64,000 nucleotides of DNA from Vicugna vicugna. Lineage: Eukaryota. The position numbers and the translations under genes were made by a program. The stretch covers positions 9,882,180-9,946,179 of the forward strand of contig MU061017.1 in the NCBI GenBank assembly GCA_013265495.1, written 5' to 3'. The notes beneath the pieces were generated by a model that saw only the letters and a program-made list of their open reading frames with translations, did not search any database and was not told the DNA's origin. Below, piece by piece: positions 61,888-64,000 of this stretch (positions are counted from its first letter, which is position 1; each line of letters opens with the position of its first letter).

Positions 61888-62073
61888 TTTCTTTTTCTTT
61901 CTTTCTTTCTTTTTTTTTTTTTTTTTTTTNNNNNNNNNNNNNNNNNNNNNNNNNNNNNNNNNNNGTAATTAGGTTATTTATTTAATTACATTTTTTAATG
62001 GCGGTACTGGGGATTGAACCGAGGACCTAGTGCATGCTAAGCATGTGCTCTACCACTGAGCTATACCCTCCCC
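61888..62073 (-). mobile_element. Camelid tRNA-derived SINE with a gap in its tail
   Basis: gtactggggattgaaccgaggacc...catgctaagcatgtgctctaccactgagctataccctcccc, with a poly-T tail and a 35-N gap. Confidence 0.9.
61930..61964. other. Assembly gap (35 N)
   Basis: Run of N after poly-T. Confidence 1.
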
Positions 62074-62539
62074 GCCTAAAATTATTTTTTACATTGCCTC
62101 TGTGTACTTGACTTAAACATCTTTTTGTGGGGAAGGGTGTAGCTCAGGTTAGGCTTAGAAACACGGTGGAGTCCCTTTGCCCGTAGGTAAAACTCTCTGC
62201 CTGGTGAAGTGCTGAGAGGTGAGGCTCAGATTTGGGCTCTGAGGTGAAGGTAGGACACGGGGTTCAGCCACATTAATTCGAGTTCTGTGATGGGATTCAG
62301 AGCTACATTCTCAATTACTTGTCTTACTTTCTTCTCTGCATCTGTCTCCCTTGGCGAGCTGGTGATTTGTGGTGACTGGTCTGAGGACTTATTCCCTGGT
62401 CTCCTCCTCAAAATAACATCTCCATGGGGCTGGTGAGTCAGGGACTGAGTCTCTGTCTTTTCATCTTTATTATACCAGTTTCCAAAGAGTGGCTATGACA
62501 GCATCAGTCGACTTTTACACATTTTTCTACGCGTTTTCA

Positions 62540-63230
62540 GCCATCGCGTTACTATTTGATAAGCACGTATGGACTTCCCACTATGTGTCAGGAATTGTGC
62601 TTGGTGTTGGGCAAACAAAACCAGGAGAAAAGTTAACAGATGCTAACAATACAGTGATCAAAGGGCCATGGGAGAAGCAGATGAAGGGAAAGGAAGAGCA
62701 AACTTCTGGGAGGATGTGAACTGAGAGTTGAGTTTTCAAAATAACAAGGAACTAGCAGGTAAGTGGGCCACGGACAGAGTGGCGGGTGGACAGAGGCAGC
62801 TGTGCGGGAACAGGGCCCTCGTGCCAGGGTGTTCGTTTCCCATCCTGAACGCGCTGGGGAGCCACTGAGCAGTTTTACGCTGAGAAGTCATGGGATCCGA
62901 CTTAATATTTAGAACGTTTGCTGGTATCATGTAGAGGATGAGTTATGGCGGGGGAACACAGGAAGGCATCAGGATGTCATTGTAATAACGCGCGGGGTGA
63001 GGCCTGAGCCATTGCAGTGGTGGGGGAGGGACGAGGAGAAATGAGAGGAAGGCTCAGAAGTGGGTCACTGAGTTTAACTGAGAATTAGCATCCCTGATGG
63101 GACGCAGAGAGGAGGGGAGAGGAGAGGAAAGAATCTTGGACAAATCATAGGTTTCTGATTTAGGCAGAGGGTGGCCGGTCACTCTCAAGAAGAGTAATGG
63201 ATTTGGGGATGCTGACTTTAGTGAAGACAC
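62540..63230 (+). mobile_element. L2 LINE
   Basis: cccactatgtgtcaggaattgtgcttgg...gagccactgagcagttttacgctgagaagtcatgggatccgac. Confidence 0.7.
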
Positions 63231-63859
63231 ATCTCCTTCCCCTCTCCTTACTCCTGCTTATTTTAATTTCTGAGGATGATCAGTGGGTTTTTGATGCAAT
63301 AGGAAAAGAGGTCCGCAGGTGTCGTGCTGTGTTTCTGTGTGGAATTCCTTAGGCGCAAGAATCATTTCTATTGTCTGTGTAGATGGCTCAGGTCAGAGGG
63401 CCAGAGAATAGATTGCCTCCCAGCCTGGTTGTGAGAGTTTGAGCCCCAGAGAACTCGCTGCCCAGAAGCAGCCCAGATTTTGTACATACACCTCTTGAAA
63501 ATTTGAGGCAGCCCTGGGGAGCTTTCAAAAATCTGGGACCCCAGATATTTCCCTGTTTTTTTTTTCCACTTAACACCTGGCTTTGCAGACTTCAAGTCCC
63601 TGCGGAGGGAACGAGCCTCCAGCAGTGAGAGCTGACCTCTAGTGGTAAGTTCTTTAAACTGCAAGTGCAAATGCCGGTCTGCAGGCGAGAGGAACCTGCC
63701 TTGGGAGATTCAGGTTCATTGGTCAGGCCCTGGGCAGCTCAGAGTTCAGGCTTTGGTTTGGTGGTGTCAGACACAGCACTCACCACCCTCAGAGCCCTCC
63801 TCCTGTTTAGAGGGAGTCTTTTAGACTCCCTGGTTAAGAGCAAGAACTGAGAGCTAGAT

Positions 63860-64000
63860 TGGGAGATGAATTTAAAGTGTTGATTCTATTGCTCTCTAGC
63901 TATATATAACCTTAAGCAAATTACTGAAAGTCTTTGAGCTATAATTGCCTTATTTGTGAAACAGATAATCCATAATTCTTTCTTCTTAGGTGTAGTGGGT
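63860..64000 (+). mobile_element. MIR SINE
   Basis: ataaccttaagcaaattactgaaagtctttgagc...ccttatttgtgaaacagataat. Confidence 0.7.

Noticed and set aside
62129-62165. ggggaagggtgtagctcagg SINE-like head
   Set aside because: It is too short and lacks a B box and tail; at most a truncated remnant.

Overview
Mammalian genomic DNA, almost certainly a camelid (several Vic-1-type tRNA-derived SINEs), from a draft assembly with three N gaps. The window holds the 3' end of GRAMD1B (Aster-B) on the + strand: a 12-nt microexon, three coding exons and a ~5.1-kb 3'UTR with two poly(A) signals. Tail-to-tail with it on the - strand lies the whole SCN3B gene (sodium channel beta-3, 215 aa expected), with seven exons, a CpG-island promoter and a near-consensus RE1/REST site; most of its second coding exon falls in an assembly gap. 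The remaining ~30 kb upstream of SCN3B is non-coding, repeat-rich DNA (L1, L2, MIR, CR1, MaLR/ERVL, an ERV1-like solo LTR, hAT MER elements). I found no convincing new gene or new biological system. The best second-look items are the GRAMD1B transmembrane microexon, an open 75-codon frame behind the UGA-C stop of GRAMD1B, a chimeric L1 dimer inside one TSD pair, >100-nt AG-exclusion zones at two SCN3B exons, and a CTCF-like site between the convergent 3' ends. Gene identities and human comparisons rest on recalled sequences, not on database searches.
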